NCBI GenBank assembly: GCA_965116925.1
Contig: OZ220744.1
Location: 4,000,001-4,064,000, forward strand
DNA: 64,000 nucleotides
Reading direction: 5' to 3'
From: Candidatus Poribacteria bacterium
GTDB taxonomy: Bacteria; Poribacteria; WGA-4E; PCPOR2b
Shown here: in pieces, positions 38,866 through 48,424 of the stretch
Numbering within the stretch: the first letter of the stretch is position 1
How the letters are laid out: each line of letters begins with the position of its first letter
Translations under genes and position numbers: made by a program
Notes under the pieces: model-generated
What the model was told of the DNA's origin: nothing
Database searches by the model: none
The model's input: the letters and a program-made list of their open reading frames with translations, nothing else

Positions 38866-40143
38866 TCAGTTGACATTTTGTCCGAAATACTTCGCAATAC
38901 GGACGAGATCGAAAACATCAATAACTCCATCGCGATTGACATCGCCTTGGAGATTTCTACCCGTTTGTCCGAAGTTGCTTGCAACAAGAACCAGATCGAG
39001 GATATTGACCACGCCATCGTGATTTACATTAGCGGTCGCAACTCCTATCGATTGGACCTGTGCAACGGTGACGAGAGATGCTCCGGGGCCAACACCATAA
39101 GTATTGAGCAGCGTCCCATTGGAGTCAACGACATACAATTCGTCCATTCTACCGCCCGTCCAATCCGCTCTTGTTATATACAGGTTATCGTTCTGATCTA
39201 TCGCCCCGACTCCGCCCAAATCTGTGAGTGGGTTGTCGGCATCGTGTGTCCACGCATCGCTGACCAGATCGTACACAAGCAATCCACCGGAGCTAATAAG
39301 GACACGCTTCATGCTGTCAATGGTAGGTCCCCCTGCCCTCCCTTCAAGCTCAATTGTTTTTTCAATTTCATCGGTAACTGCGTCGATGAATATAACCGTT
39401 CCTGGGACGGGACCTTGAGGATTCCATCCACCAATACCCGCTGACACTGCAATCACCCTAGATACACCATCACTCGTGATACTGTTTGTGTTTATTGGCA
39501 TTGGGATGGTTTTTATGACTGTGTCGGTCTCTATATCAATGACTGTGACGTTGCTTGTATCATCATAGCTGACGTTCCAGGTGCCCGGTTCCTTAGCATA
39601 CGCTGAATTAGCGACGTAAGCCCTTCCGTTAAGAATCGTTATGCCATCCGGCATAGGACCGCAGGGGATGCGCTTAACAACGCTTTTTTGGTTCAGATCT
39701 ACCACATGGATCACATCGCTGTATAGACCTGTGACGTACGCTTTGGAGGGAGGGATAAGGATAATCTGCTTGGGAGTGGTATCGGAGTCGATTGGGATGC
39801 TTCCGACATGTGAACGGGTCAACAGATTGATAATTTCGATAGACCCGCCGCGCGGATCAAAAAATGGGTCTGGGTATTGGATGAGAACATACAGGAGATT
39901 CCCTTGAACCTCTAGATCGCTTGGTATGATCTCCCCAAGTGGAATAATCTCATTCTCAACAGCCTGTTTCAGATTAGGCTCATCAAGATCAACAATTGAG
40001 AGTGACGGCAAAATGCCGGCTTCTGGTTTCCGTAAACCGTTTGCAACGATTGCTAGATTTTCGGTTTCTTGGGCGTAAACGCTCAAGGTAGCAAAAATGA
40101 AAATAGTGAGTACAAACGTGAAACTGTGCTTGCGTATATGCAT
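38866..40143 (-). CDS. YncE/BtuG-like beta-propeller with a C-terminal dockerin-like domain; putative cobalamin-binding protein
   Basis: Signal peptide; PKQIILIPPSKAYVT, GPMPDGITILNGRAYVANS, VTVIDIETDTVIKTI; NVNHDGVVNILDL / GDVNRDGVIDVFDL; first gene under the riboswitch. Confidence 0.75.
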   Translation of the reverse strand: MHIRKHSFTFVLTIFIFATLSVYAQETENLAIVANGLRKPEAGILPSLSIVDLDEPNLKQAVENEIIPLGEIIPSDLEVQGNLLYVLIQYPDPFFDPRGGSIEIINLLTRSHVGSIPIDSDTTPKQIILIPPSKAYVTGLYSDVIHVVDLNQKSVVKRIPCGPMPDGITILNGRAYVANSAYAKEPGTWNVSYDDTSNVTVIDIETDTVIKTIPMPINTNSITSDGVSRVIAVSAGIGGWNPQGPVPGTVIFIDAVTDEIEKTIELEGRAGGPTIDSMKRVLISSGGLLVYDLVSDAWTHDADNPLTDLGGVGAIDQNDNLYITRADWTGGRMDELYVVDSNGTLLNTYGVGPGASLVTVAQVQSIGVATANVNHDGVVNILDLVLVASNFGQTGRNLQGDVNRDGVIDVFDLVRIAKYFGQNVN

Positions 40144-40200
40144 AACTGAATCTTCCTTTCATCAGTGATATAGCGGTGTCAGCTGTAGGTTTTACAACCT

Positions 40201-40239
40201 AAAAACAAAAAACCCCAGCTTTCACGCCGAAAGCTGGGG
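40201..40239 (-). terminator. Intrinsic terminator in the riboswitch leader (attenuator)
   Basis: Minus strand CCCCAGCTTTC-GGCGT-GAAAGCTGGGG-TTTTTTTGTTTT, located between the aptamer and the start codon. Confidence 0.8.
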
Positions 40240-40346
40240 TGTGGTCCGCCATTTGCACCTGTGATGATATGGAAGTATACTCAAGCACGATGAGTCGGCA
40301 AAGAACCCCGTTCACAGCCTTCCCGCGAAAGCTACCATGTGAAATC

Positions 40347-40521
40347 AGATTCAGGTAGGTCTCCTGACTTACGACAACGCATTGTCCGCCTTCCCATCCC
40401 GAAATGGGACAGTGGCTTCTGGACACGTTTTAACGTCGTTTACAGTGGCGGGGCCGTGGCGGATTCTCACCGCACTTCCCTATTCTCCGGCAATCTCCAT
40501 CAATTGCCGGCACCTGAATCG
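40347..40521 (-). ncRNA. Cobalamin (AdoCbl) riboswitch
   Basis: Minus strand GATTCAGGTG...AATAGGGAAGTGCGGTGAGAATCCGCCACGGCCCCGCCACTGTAA...AGCCACTG...GGGAAGG...AAGTCAGGAGACCTACCTGAATC (B12 box; P1 closes). Confidence 0.93.
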
Positions 40522-40572
40522 ACAACTATGCAGTTTTGAAATGCTTCTTTGATTCTGTTTGAAGCGATATTA

Positions 40573-40601
40573 ATTATAGCAGATTGTCAAAAAATTGTCA
40601 A
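40573..40601 (-). promoter_or_regulatory. Consensus sigma70 promoter upstream of the riboswitch
   Basis: Minus strand TTGACA-17 bp-TATAAT. Confidence 0.75.
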
Positions 40602-40740
40602 AGGGATTTATGAAAAGCCAGGGGCATTTAATGCTCCCGTAGTTCGATCTTCCGGTCAAGGTTACGGCGGGGAGACCATATGCCCCGACTACGGGTTCGG
40701 GTCATTCCGAATCGGTCAAAAAACGACTGAGAAGAGCGTG

Positions 40741-41925
40741 TTACTCTCTGTTCCCAAGTACAACTTCACGCAGAAGAAATTGTCCATCTCGGTAAATTTT
40801 AACCGTAATGCGGGTATCAGGTGGGAAGCTAGCGACCCGTTTTTTGAATTCAAGGAATGTACGGACAGGTTGCCCTTCAAATTCAACAATAACATCTTGA
40901 TGTTTGATGCCGGACTTCTCAGCGGGGCTTCCTTTTGAAACTTTTGTGACGCGGACACCAACAGCAGTAGTTCGCTCGTGTTCCTGTTCAAGCCAAACCC
41001 CAAGCCAACCGCGAGGAACGCTACCGTATTGAGTCAGTTGTTCGGCGATGTGTTTCACTGTATTAATCGGAATAGCAAAGCCAACCTCGCTTCTCGTCCA
41101 AGTCCGTCCGAAGGGGTTGGTATTCAGCATGGCGGTTTGCTTCTGGAACAATTCTGGAGTCGGCGAATTGAGCCAATGTGATATCTGCTTGAGATACGGA
41201 TCTTCCATCTTTGCCGCAATGACCCCAACAATTTCCCCTGATGTATTAACAACAGCTCCTCCACTGTTCCCTGGATTCACAGAGGCATTGACCTTGATTG
41301 CATCGTAAAATGGCCGATCGGGTAAAATCTCTAAGCCGCTGACCGTTCCAAAAGAGAGGGTTGGAGAATGCCCATAAGAGCTACCGACCGTGATGACCCA
41401 TGATCCCATATCAATCTGATCGGAATCGCCAATTCTTGTCTGAGGGAGGTTGTCGTTCTCAACAGAGAGAACGGCGATATCTGTTAGGGCATCAATACCC
41501 AGTAGTGTTCCCGAGGTGCGTTGTCCATCTGCAAATACAACTTCAATCTCAGTCGCATTTTCAACCACGCCCGCGGTTGTTACGATGTGGCCAGCGGCGT
41601 TAATGATAATGCCGGATCCGATGTTCTCGTAAGAGAGCGCGGTCATCGGATTATCAGTTAATAATGTTCCCGGTGCCCCCGAAATCGTTTGCGGGGTGCC
41701 CTTGCATGTCGCCACAACCTCAACGACAGATGGTTGCACAGATTTTACTATCGCTTGAAATTCACGCTCCATGGATTGCAGCACACTTTCTTCGGCAACC
41801 GCAGACCAGAGACAAGCTGAAAACAGCGCAATAGCGAGAGCAACTGACTTATGATACAGACGAATTGAGCAGAGCTTAATAGGTGCATTGCGTCTCTTAT
41901 TCTGTGTCTGAACTGTTTTATACAT
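40741..41925 (-). CDS. HtrA/DegP-like trypsin-PDZ protein (catalytic His replaced by Gly)
   Basis: GSGIII, VTTAGVV, DIAVL, NPGNSGG, GFAIP, RGWLGV, SPAEKSGI; signal peptide. Confidence 0.85.
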   Translation of the reverse strand: MYKTVQTQNKRRNAPIKLCSIRLYHKSVALAIALFSACLWSAVAEESVLQSMEREFQAIVKSVQPSVVEVVATCKGTPQTISGAPGTLLTDNPMTALSYENIGSGIIINAAGHIVTTAGVVENATEIEVVFADGQRTSGTLLGIDALTDIAVLSVENDNLPQTRIGDSDQIDMGSWVITVGSSYGHSPTLSFGTVSGLEILPDRPFYDAIKVNASVNPGNSGGAVVNTSGEIVGVIAAKMEDPYLKQISHWLNSPTPELFQKQTAMLNTNPFGRTWTRSEVGFAIPINTVKHIAEQLTQYGSVPRGWLGVWLEQEHERTTAVGVRVTKVSKGSPAEKSGIKHQDVIVEFEGQPVRTFLEFKKRVASFPPDTRITVKIYRDGQFLLREVVLGNRE

Positions 41926-41926
41926 T

Positions 41927-42628
41927 TTACAAGCCTCCCCCTGTAGGAGCTTCTGTGTGTTTAATGGTCCGCAAAATATAGTTCTGTTCTAAACGCTGCG
42001 GTTGTTGGTCTTTACGCTCCGGCTGCGGGTCAAACACTGGGAGTTGCGACTGTTGGCTTCCACGCAGCTGTTGTAGATTAGACATCGGGGATTGTGGTTG
42101 TTGGCTTTTGCGTACCGGTTGTAGATCAAGCACCGAGGATTCTGGAAAATTGACTAAAGATTGTAGTTCTTGACTAGGGACGGCTAAAGGAAATTGCTGC
42201 TCATCCCCACGCTCTTCAGCAAGTGGTGTATGCTTTGAAGTCTCTGGATCTACAGCAATCTCGACCGACGGGGGTTTAGTCACGGTTTGTCGATAAAAAT
42301 AAAAACCTGCGACCATCACAAGCAGCACCGCAATGGCACCCAACACTAGACGAGTTTGACCCTGCAAGGGCTGGAATATGCGTTGCCAGAACGGAATTGA
42401 TTCGACTTGGGTATCCGCGAGGCGGGCTTGCAAGGCAACATCGAATTCGGTTGATGGCTCAATCTGCGGCAACTGATGCAGCAGATCCAATGACTCACGG
42501 AATAGCGTAAACTCTCGACGACACGACTCGCAGGCACTCATATGGGCTTCAAAAGCCCTAACCGCCTGATAGTCTAGTTCATCTTCTAGGTACGCAGAAA
42601 ATTGTTCTTCAGCTTTTAAGCAGTTCAT
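41927..42628 (-). CDS. Zinc-binding (zf-HC2/ZAS) transmembrane anti-sigma factor
   Basis: MNC...SAYLEDEL...HMSACESC, one TM helix, Q/P-rich C-terminus; overlaps the sigma-factor stop. Confidence 0.88.
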   Translation of the reverse strand: MNCLKAEEQFSAYLEDELDYQAVRAFEAHMSACESCRREFTLFRESLDLLHQLPQIEPSTEFDVALQARLADTQVESIPFWQRIFQPLQGQTRLVLGAIAVLLVMVAGFYFYRQTVTKPPSVEIAVDPETSKHTPLAEERGDEQQFPLAVPSQELQSLVNFPESSVLDLQPVRKSQQPQSPMSNLQQLRGSQQSQLPVFDPQPERKDQQPQRLEQNYILRTIKHTEAPTGGGL

Positions 42629-43227
42629 GATGACTCCACAAAACTTCTTAATTTATCTTTTAACATAAGCCGCGCACGGTTGATACGCGATTTTGTCGTT
42701 CCGAGCGGAAGGTTTAGCGTTTGGCTGATTTCCTCATAGCTCAATTCTTGCAGGTCCCGGAGAATCAATGGCAGCCGATACCGTTCAGGGAGTTCTGAAA
42801 TTGCACTTTGCACAGCGTGTTCGCGTTCTTTCTGTTCAAGTTGGTTCCCGGGTTGTAGGGAGACATGTGCAGGAGCAGTTGCGATCAGATCTTCTTCGAT
42901 CGGTTTTGGCGAGGAGGATTCGGTAGTTACACTGTCGACGAAGAAGCGATTCCGTCGCCCCCGATTTCGTAGCTCATTCTTGCACAGATTGGAGGCAATG
43001 TGATACATCCAGGTGCTAAACTTTGCAGCTCCCGATTTGTATCGTTTGATTGCTTTGAACATACGAACAAATGTCTCCTGTGCCAAGTCCTCAGCGGAGT
43101 CCTGATCACCTAGGAACCGAGCGATAAAATTCACCAGAGGGACCTGATTTCGGCGCACGATCAGATCAAACGCCTCTATATCCCCTTGTTGACACTGTTT
43201 CATCAATTCATCGTCCAGATCTGGCAT
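42625..43227 (-). CDS. ECF RNA polymerase sigma factor (RpoE/SigW-like)
   Basis: AEDLAQETF, FSTWMYHIASN, LSYEEIS..LNLPLGTTKSRINRAR. Confidence 0.93.
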   Translation of the reverse strand: MPDLDDELMKQCQQGDIEAFDLIVRRNQVPLVNFIARFLGDQDSAEDLAQETFVRMFKAIKRYKSGAAKFSTWMYHIASNLCKNELRNRGRRNRFFVDSVTTESSSPKPIEEDLIATAPAHVSLQPGNQLEQKEREHAVQSAISELPERYRLPLILRDLQELSYEEISQTLNLPLGTTKSRINRARLMLKDKLRSFVESS

Positions 43228-43391
43228 AATCGATCCTCCGCGGGTGCTTGATTAGAAACACACCAATCTACCCAAGAAGTTGCAATGTTCATCTAAAAAA
43301 ACGGATTTTCTATCATACGGTTATGTTTTGCACACCACGCAGTTGAATAGGTCGTCGTTTACAGATAGGAATCCCTAAAAGGAAATTTTTG

Positions 43392-43420
43392 TTGACGTAA
43401 GATAAAAAAAACTGTAAAAT
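43392..43420 (+). promoter_or_regulatory. Sigma70 promoter
   Basis: TTGACG-17 bp-TAAAAT. Confidence 0.6.
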
Positions 43421-43534
43421 GAGTTTCGCTGATAGATATTTTAGCGACATAGTTAAGCTGGTGCAAGTTCCTATCTATATCGAACTAAGCCGCTAAATAG
43501 ATTCGCCTCAAACGATTATAGCAAGGAGCGTACA

Positions 43535-44566
43535 ATGCGATCAACAAAAATTTTGAACCTAATGCTGGTTTTAATGATGTCTGGGCTGTTAATACTCCCC
43601 TCCGCTTATGGAGATGGGAAATGGACGATTCTGCGGAATGATGATTTCGTGCGTAACGATGGTGTGTGGGGACATCTTCAGGATGTGGAGTTTATCGATG
43701 GAATGAATGGTTGGGCTGTGGGGTCTGACGGGTTGATTGTACAGACAACCGATGGTGGAAAGACTTGGACACAGATAATAGTCGAGCAGATAGCCGAGAT
43801 GGAACGCCAAGTTTATTTCTGGAATGTTTATTTCCGTGACAAAAATGTCGGTTTTATCACGGGGACGAGGGGTACTATCCTCAAGACAACTGATGGCGGC
43901 CAAACTTGGGAACTTAAAGAGGCAATTAATGAAAGTCGCCTAGATCGGGAGGGGAATCCCGCAGTTCTGCGTCGCCGTCTGATAGACGCTTGGATGGTGG
44001 ATGGCCAAACTGGATTTATGGTTGGAGAAAACGACACCTTCATTAAAACCACCGATGGCGGTGAAAGCTGGACTGGCACAGGTAAGCGTGTGGCTGTTGG
44101 GAATACGCGCAATAATTTTGAAAGGATCCATTTTGCTTCGCCCACAATCGGTTGGATAGTCGGTTCTTTTGGAACGATTCTGAGGACCACCGATGGTGGC
44201 GAAACGTGGGAAAACCAGGACGCTGGCGTTGACAATAATCTGAAAGGCGTCGATTTTGTCGATGAAAACACAGGCTGGATTTCGGGGCAAGAAGGTGTGA
44301 TTCTCCATACCCAAGATGGAGGGGTCACATGGACAAAGCAGGAGACGCAGTCTTACGATAGTTTGTATGATGTCGTCTTCGTTGATTCGCAAACAGGTTG
44401 GGCTGTTGGTGATTTTGGTGCCATCTTGCACACTACTGATGGTGGGCAAACATGGACACGTGAAAACGCCGGCAATCTCCCAACGTTATACGCGATTGAT
44501 GCGATAGATACAGGACAGCGATGGGGAGTTGGCGAAGGGGGAATAATCATAGGAGTTGGGCAGTAA
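43535..44566 (+). CDS. YCF48-like / BNR-repeat secreted beta-propeller
   Basis: Signal peptide; repeats GW.VG..G.IL.TTDGG.TW. Confidence 0.88.
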   Translation: MRSTKILNLMLVLMMSGLLILPSAYGDGKWTILRNDDFVRNDGVWGHLQDVEFIDGMNGWAVGSDGLIVQTTDGGKTWTQIIVEQIAEMERQVYFWNVYFRDKNVGFITGTRGTILKTTDGGQTWELKEAINESRLDREGNPAVLRRRLIDAWMVDGQTGFMVGENDTFIKTTDGGESWTGTGKRVAVGNTRNNFERIHFASPTIGWIVGSFGTILRTTDGGETWENQDAGVDNNLKGVDFVDENTGWISGQEGVILHTQDGGVTWTKQETQSYDSLYDVVFVDSQTGWAVGDFGAILHTTDGGQTWTRENAGNLPTLYAIDAIDTGQRWGVGEGGIIIGVGQ

Positions 44567-44612
44567 TTTCCCGCTGATAGCGAATAACACCATTTTCAGG
44601 TTGAGGTGCTGA

Positions 44613-46010
44613 ATGGCAGACCTCAAGAATATCGACGAGCATTTTGTCCAAACTGTGTGGGACGAGCAGCGGTTCATCGACTTTGATCTCAGGTCCACAG
44701 ATGGGCGTCCAATTCAGGTGCTCAAACCGGGCTTTTGGAATGGCGATGCAGGACCCGATTTTGTGCATGCGGAGCTCTTGATTGATGGGGATCTATATGC
44801 CGGTGATGTGGAGATCCACATCAATTCGTCTGGCTGGTATAATCACAAGCACCATCTCGATCCGAGGTACAACCGTGTCATCTTGCATGTCGTCTACTTG
44901 AACGATGATATCAACCTCAGGACACGGCTTCAGAACGGCAAGCGGATTCCGACGCTCGAAATCCTGAATCGACTTGACGCCCCGATTGGTGACCTGTTCG
45001 ACGAGAGAAGGGAAAGTCAAGAGACATCTGCCAACGCGTGCCGGGTGACAGGCAAAACGCTCAAAATAGAGTATGTGCAATCCCTCTTCGACGAACTGGG
45101 GCAAGAGCGGCTCCTGGAAAAAGCTGATGTGATGCGAGGCGTGTCGGTTCGAGTTGATTTTGAACAGTTATTGTACGAAGGCATCATGGAGGCGTTGGGC
45201 TATACAAAGAACCGCAAATCCTTCCGGGAATTGGCGCAACGGGTGCCGCTTTCGGAACTCCTTGGCAAATCCGATGAATCAATTCAGGCAATTCTGTTTG
45301 GCGTGGCAGGATTGCTGCCTTCACAATCTCAGCAGGAAACCGAATGGGACGAAGAGGACAAGAGGTTTATCGAACGGTTAGAATCAATTTGGGAATCCGC
45401 TGAACAGTACAAAGGCTCCACACGTATGACAGCAGAACAGTGGCATTTTGCCAAGATGCGCCCAGCCAATTACCCCTCCCGCCGCATTCCAGCCATCGCC
45501 CAAATCATTAGTCGTTGTCAGGATACTCTGATGATGGATTTTCTGCCACTAATTGAGGGTGCAGCAACAGCGAATCAGAGAGCTTTGACGGGTATTCAAC
45601 GCCGCTTGCGAGAGAGATTGACGCCTGCTTCCTCCGGTTACTGGGAAGCCCATTCCCATTTCGGAAAAGGTATCCCGCAACGCGGTGCTGCACTCATTGG
45701 GAAGGATCGTGCCGCTGACATTATTGTCAACAAGTTGTTGCCGATTACGTTATTATGGGCTGAACAGTCCCGAAGTCCAACGCTAGCAGAAGCGGTGCAG
45801 CGACTGTATAATAGCTATCCAAAACTACAAGAGAATCGTATCACTCAACAGATCGAGGCACAAATTTTCAGCCAAGAACAACCGATTAAACTTATCTCTC
45901 CTTCTGCAAAGAAACAGCAGGGCGCGATCTATCTCTACAATAACTTCTGTAGCAGCCGTCTCTGCGATCTCTGCCCTATCATTGAAGGAGGCGGAATAAT
46001 TAAAAACTAA
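44613..46010 (+). CDS. DUF2851 family protein
   Basis: PG.WN.DAGPDF, GDVEIH, W..H.H..DP.YN.VILHVV, LGY.KN, RPANYP.RRI, C-terminal CSSRLCDLC. Confidence 0.88.
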   Translation: MADLKNIDEHFVQTVWDEQRFIDFDLRSTDGRPIQVLKPGFWNGDAGPDFVHAELLIDGDLYAGDVEIHINSSGWYNHKHHLDPRYNRVILHVVYLNDDINLRTRLQNGKRIPTLEILNRLDAPIGDLFDERRESQETSANACRVTGKTLKIEYVQSLFDELGQERLLEKADVMRGVSVRVDFEQLLYEGIMEALGYTKNRKSFRELAQRVPLSELLGKSDESIQAILFGVAGLLPSQSQQETEWDEEDKRFIERLESIWESAEQYKGSTRMTAEQWHFAKMRPANYPSRRIPAIAQIISRCQDTLMMDFLPLIEGAATANQRALTGIQRRLRERLTPASSGYWEAHSHFGKGIPQRGAALIGKDRAADIIVNKLLPITLLWAEQSRSPTLAEAVQRLYNSYPKLQENRITQQIEAQIFSQEQPIKLISPSAKKQQGAIYLYNNFCSSRLCDLCPIIEGGGIIKN

Positions 46011-46037
46011 TGTACCAGCGTTTAGATGGAGGTTATT

Positions 46038-46487
46038 ATGAAATTGGGGTTTCTCTCAAAGATTTTTGAAGGTGCTCTCAGTATTGAAAGAACCTACAAC
46101 GATTGCGATAAGGCATTAAATAGATTGGGTGCGTACAATGAGCGGATTGAGGAAATGCAAAAGAACGGCGAGGATGTCAGTCGTTTTCCCGCCGAAGAGA
46201 AAGCGGAGCTCGATAAAATTGTAAACAACGCTATCCAAGGAGCGACGCGCCTGATCGATCTGGAGCCGACACGGAACTGGCCTGGCGTTTTCAGGGAGAT
46301 GCACAAAAACTTAGCGAATATCTACTACGAGCTGCATGACTATGACAGGGTTCATGAAGAGTGTGATAAGCTAAAGGCGGACTACGGCGAAACTGGCCGC
46401 CAGGACGCAGAGGAGGTCCTGGAGAAACTTGCGGATAAAGAGAACGGTAAGACCGATTCCCCTGAGGAGGCACCCGCGACAATGTAA
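46038..46487 (+). CDS. Hypothetical alpha-helical (TPR-like) protein
   Basis: GGAGG RBS; MHKNLANIYYELHDYD resembles a TPR; operon-like spacing with its neighbours. Confidence 0.65.
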   Translation: MKLGFLSKIFEGALSIERTYNDCDKALNRLGAYNERIEEMQKNGEDVSRFPAEEKAELDKIVNNAIQGATRLIDLEPTRNWPGVFREMHKNLANIYYELHDYDRVHEECDKLKADYGETGRQDAEEVLEKLADKENGKTDSPEEAPATM

Positions 46488-46489
46488 CG

Positions 46490-48397
46490 ATGCACTTCTT
46501 GAACCCTTCCGCTTTTTACCTTTTAGCGTTCCTTCCAATCGTGATAGTGCTGCATTTCCTCAAACTGCGTCGCCAACGCTATGTCGTTCCCAGCGTGATG
46601 CTTTGGCTTGAAGCGATTGAGGATATGAAAGCCAACGTTCCCTTCCAGCGCCTGCGAAACTCACTTTTGCTCCCATTTCAGATCCTGTTTTTGCTGGTTG
46701 TGGTGGGCGGCGTTGCCCGTCCAGCATTGCGTCAACTCGGCGGCTTGCACGAGCAGTCGATTGTCATTATTGATACGTCGGCAAGTATGGGAGCAACGGA
46801 TCTTAGGAAAACCCGTCTTGATGTGGCAAAAGCGGAGGTCCTAAAACTGATTAATCAGCTTGGAGCAAATGGGCAGATGATGATTATGGATACATCTCGC
46901 CCACCGTATAATATCCGTCAGGCGTTTACATCGGATACAGAAAAATTGCGTCAGGCGATTGAAAATCTGTCCGTGGTGGACACTCCTCCAACGCTCAAAG
47001 CGGTATTCGATTCCGTCACTGTTTATGCAAGTGTGCCGGGGGCGCAGGCTGTGCAGAATCCCGATGCAGTCGGCGTTATCTTTATCAGCGACAATTTTGG
47101 GATGCTCTCCAATGCCGCAAGTCCAATTCAACTTAAAAAAATCGGTGTGGGAAACCGAAGTGAAAACGTTGGAATCGTCCAGCTTAGTGTTACCCGTGCA
47201 CTAACCCCACCGAATCGCTACCAAGTGCTCGTTGGTGTGCAAAGTTTTGCAGATACCCCCAAGGACTTTCAGGTACAGTTGGGAATTGAAGGGAAGTCGT
47301 TTTTTGAAGACAAAAACGTAGTCCTACCACCGAAAGAGACAACATCAGTCCTATTTTCTCTTGAGGATGACGAAAGGTTTTATGGACAAGTCGTCACTAC
47401 CCGCCTTGATATTGATGATGACCTCTCTGTTGATAACATTGCTGCGGCGATTTTGCAGCCACCACCGAAATGGAAGGTTTTACTCGTCAGCGATCGAAAT
47501 CAACTGCCACTGAGTGCGATTCTCAAAACGGATCCGCATGTTATCCTCAATCAGGTTCAGACAGCCGATTATCATGGCACAGGAGGGAACGATATCCTTA
47601 TCTTTGATCAGTTTGTCCCGGATCCGGTCCCCGAAGGGAATATTGTTTTCCTGAACCCGATCGATGGGCTTCCTTTTATGCCCACGCAAGAGAACAGTCA
47701 GCCGACTCAGATCATCGGTCAGCACCCCACACATGAGGTGATGCGCGATGTCTCGTTGATCGATTTGGCGGTCAAAGCATCGCTACAGGTCCAATTGCCA
47801 CTGTGGGGCATTCCACTTATTGAAACAAACCGGACACCGCTGATTTGGCTCGGAGAGCAGGACGATCAAAAAGTGGCTGTTTTTGCGTTTGATCCGTTTG
47901 ATCTGGACGTTTCAAACTTTGCGACATCTATACCATCTGCACCTATTCTGATGTCTCAGTGTTTGGAGTGGCTGGGGGCAGCGACCTCCCCAATCCAACC
48001 CGACCTTGTTAAAACGGGTGAGCCTGTAAGAATCCACCTTGAGCATATCGGTGAGGTTGAGCGGATAGCTGTTCAAATGCCTAACGGCGATATACAAGAG
48101 CTACAGATGCGGGATTCCCGAATCGTTTTTACAGATACAACGCAGGTTGGCGTTTACACTGTATTTGTTGATGGCGAACCGTTTGGCAGATTTGCAGTCA
48201 ATCTGCTTAACCCACAGGAATCAGACCTTTCGCCGCCCCAATTAACGGATGCCCCCAATGCGGGTAGTGGTACTGAACGGATACAATCTAATTTGCCAGA
48301 AGTGAATAGAGAGATCTGGGGGTACGCAGCCTTTCTCGCGCTATTGCTGCTGATTGTGGAATGGTGGGTCTACCATCAGAATCGCCGTTTTAGATAA
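46490..48397 (+). CDS. BatA N-terminal plus vWA domain membrane protein
   Basis: MHFLNP...LHFLK...PS.MLW, ARP, IIDTSASM MIDAS, ISD, C-terminal LLLLIVEWW. Confidence 0.88.
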   Translation: MHFLNPSAFYLLAFLPIVIVLHFLKLRRQRYVVPSVMLWLEAIEDMKANVPFQRLRNSLLLPFQILFLLVVVGGVARPALRQLGGLHEQSIVIIDTSASMGATDLRKTRLDVAKAEVLKLINQLGANGQMMIMDTSRPPYNIRQAFTSDTEKLRQAIENLSVVDTPPTLKAVFDSVTVYASVPGAQAVQNPDAVGVIFISDNFGMLSNAASPIQLKKIGVGNRSENVGIVQLSVTRALTPPNRYQVLVGVQSFADTPKDFQVQLGIEGKSFFEDKNVVLPPKETTSVLFSLEDDERFYGQVVTTRLDIDDDLSVDNIAAAILQPPPKWKVLLVSDRNQLPLSAILKTDPHVILNQVQTADYHGTGGNDILIFDQFVPDPVPEGNIVFLNPIDGLPFMPTQENSQPTQIIGQHPTHEVMRDVSLIDLAVKASLQVQLPLWGIPLIETNRTPLIWLGEQDDQKVAVFAFDPFDLDVSNFATSIPSAPILMSQCLEWLGAATSPIQPDLVKTGEPVRIHLEHIGEVERIAVQMPNGDIQELQMRDSRIVFTDTTQVGVYTVFVDGEPFGRFAVNLLNPQESDLSPPQLTDAPNAGSGTERIQSNLPEVNREIWGYAAFLALLLLIVEWWVYHQNRRFR

Positions 48398-48424
48398 CTA
48401 TAATGAACAGCGGTATCAGCAATA

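Noticed and set aside
40199..40938. Small ORFs over the riboswitch and its promoter
   Set aside because: Fully explained by the RNA element, terminator and promoter; no coding signal.
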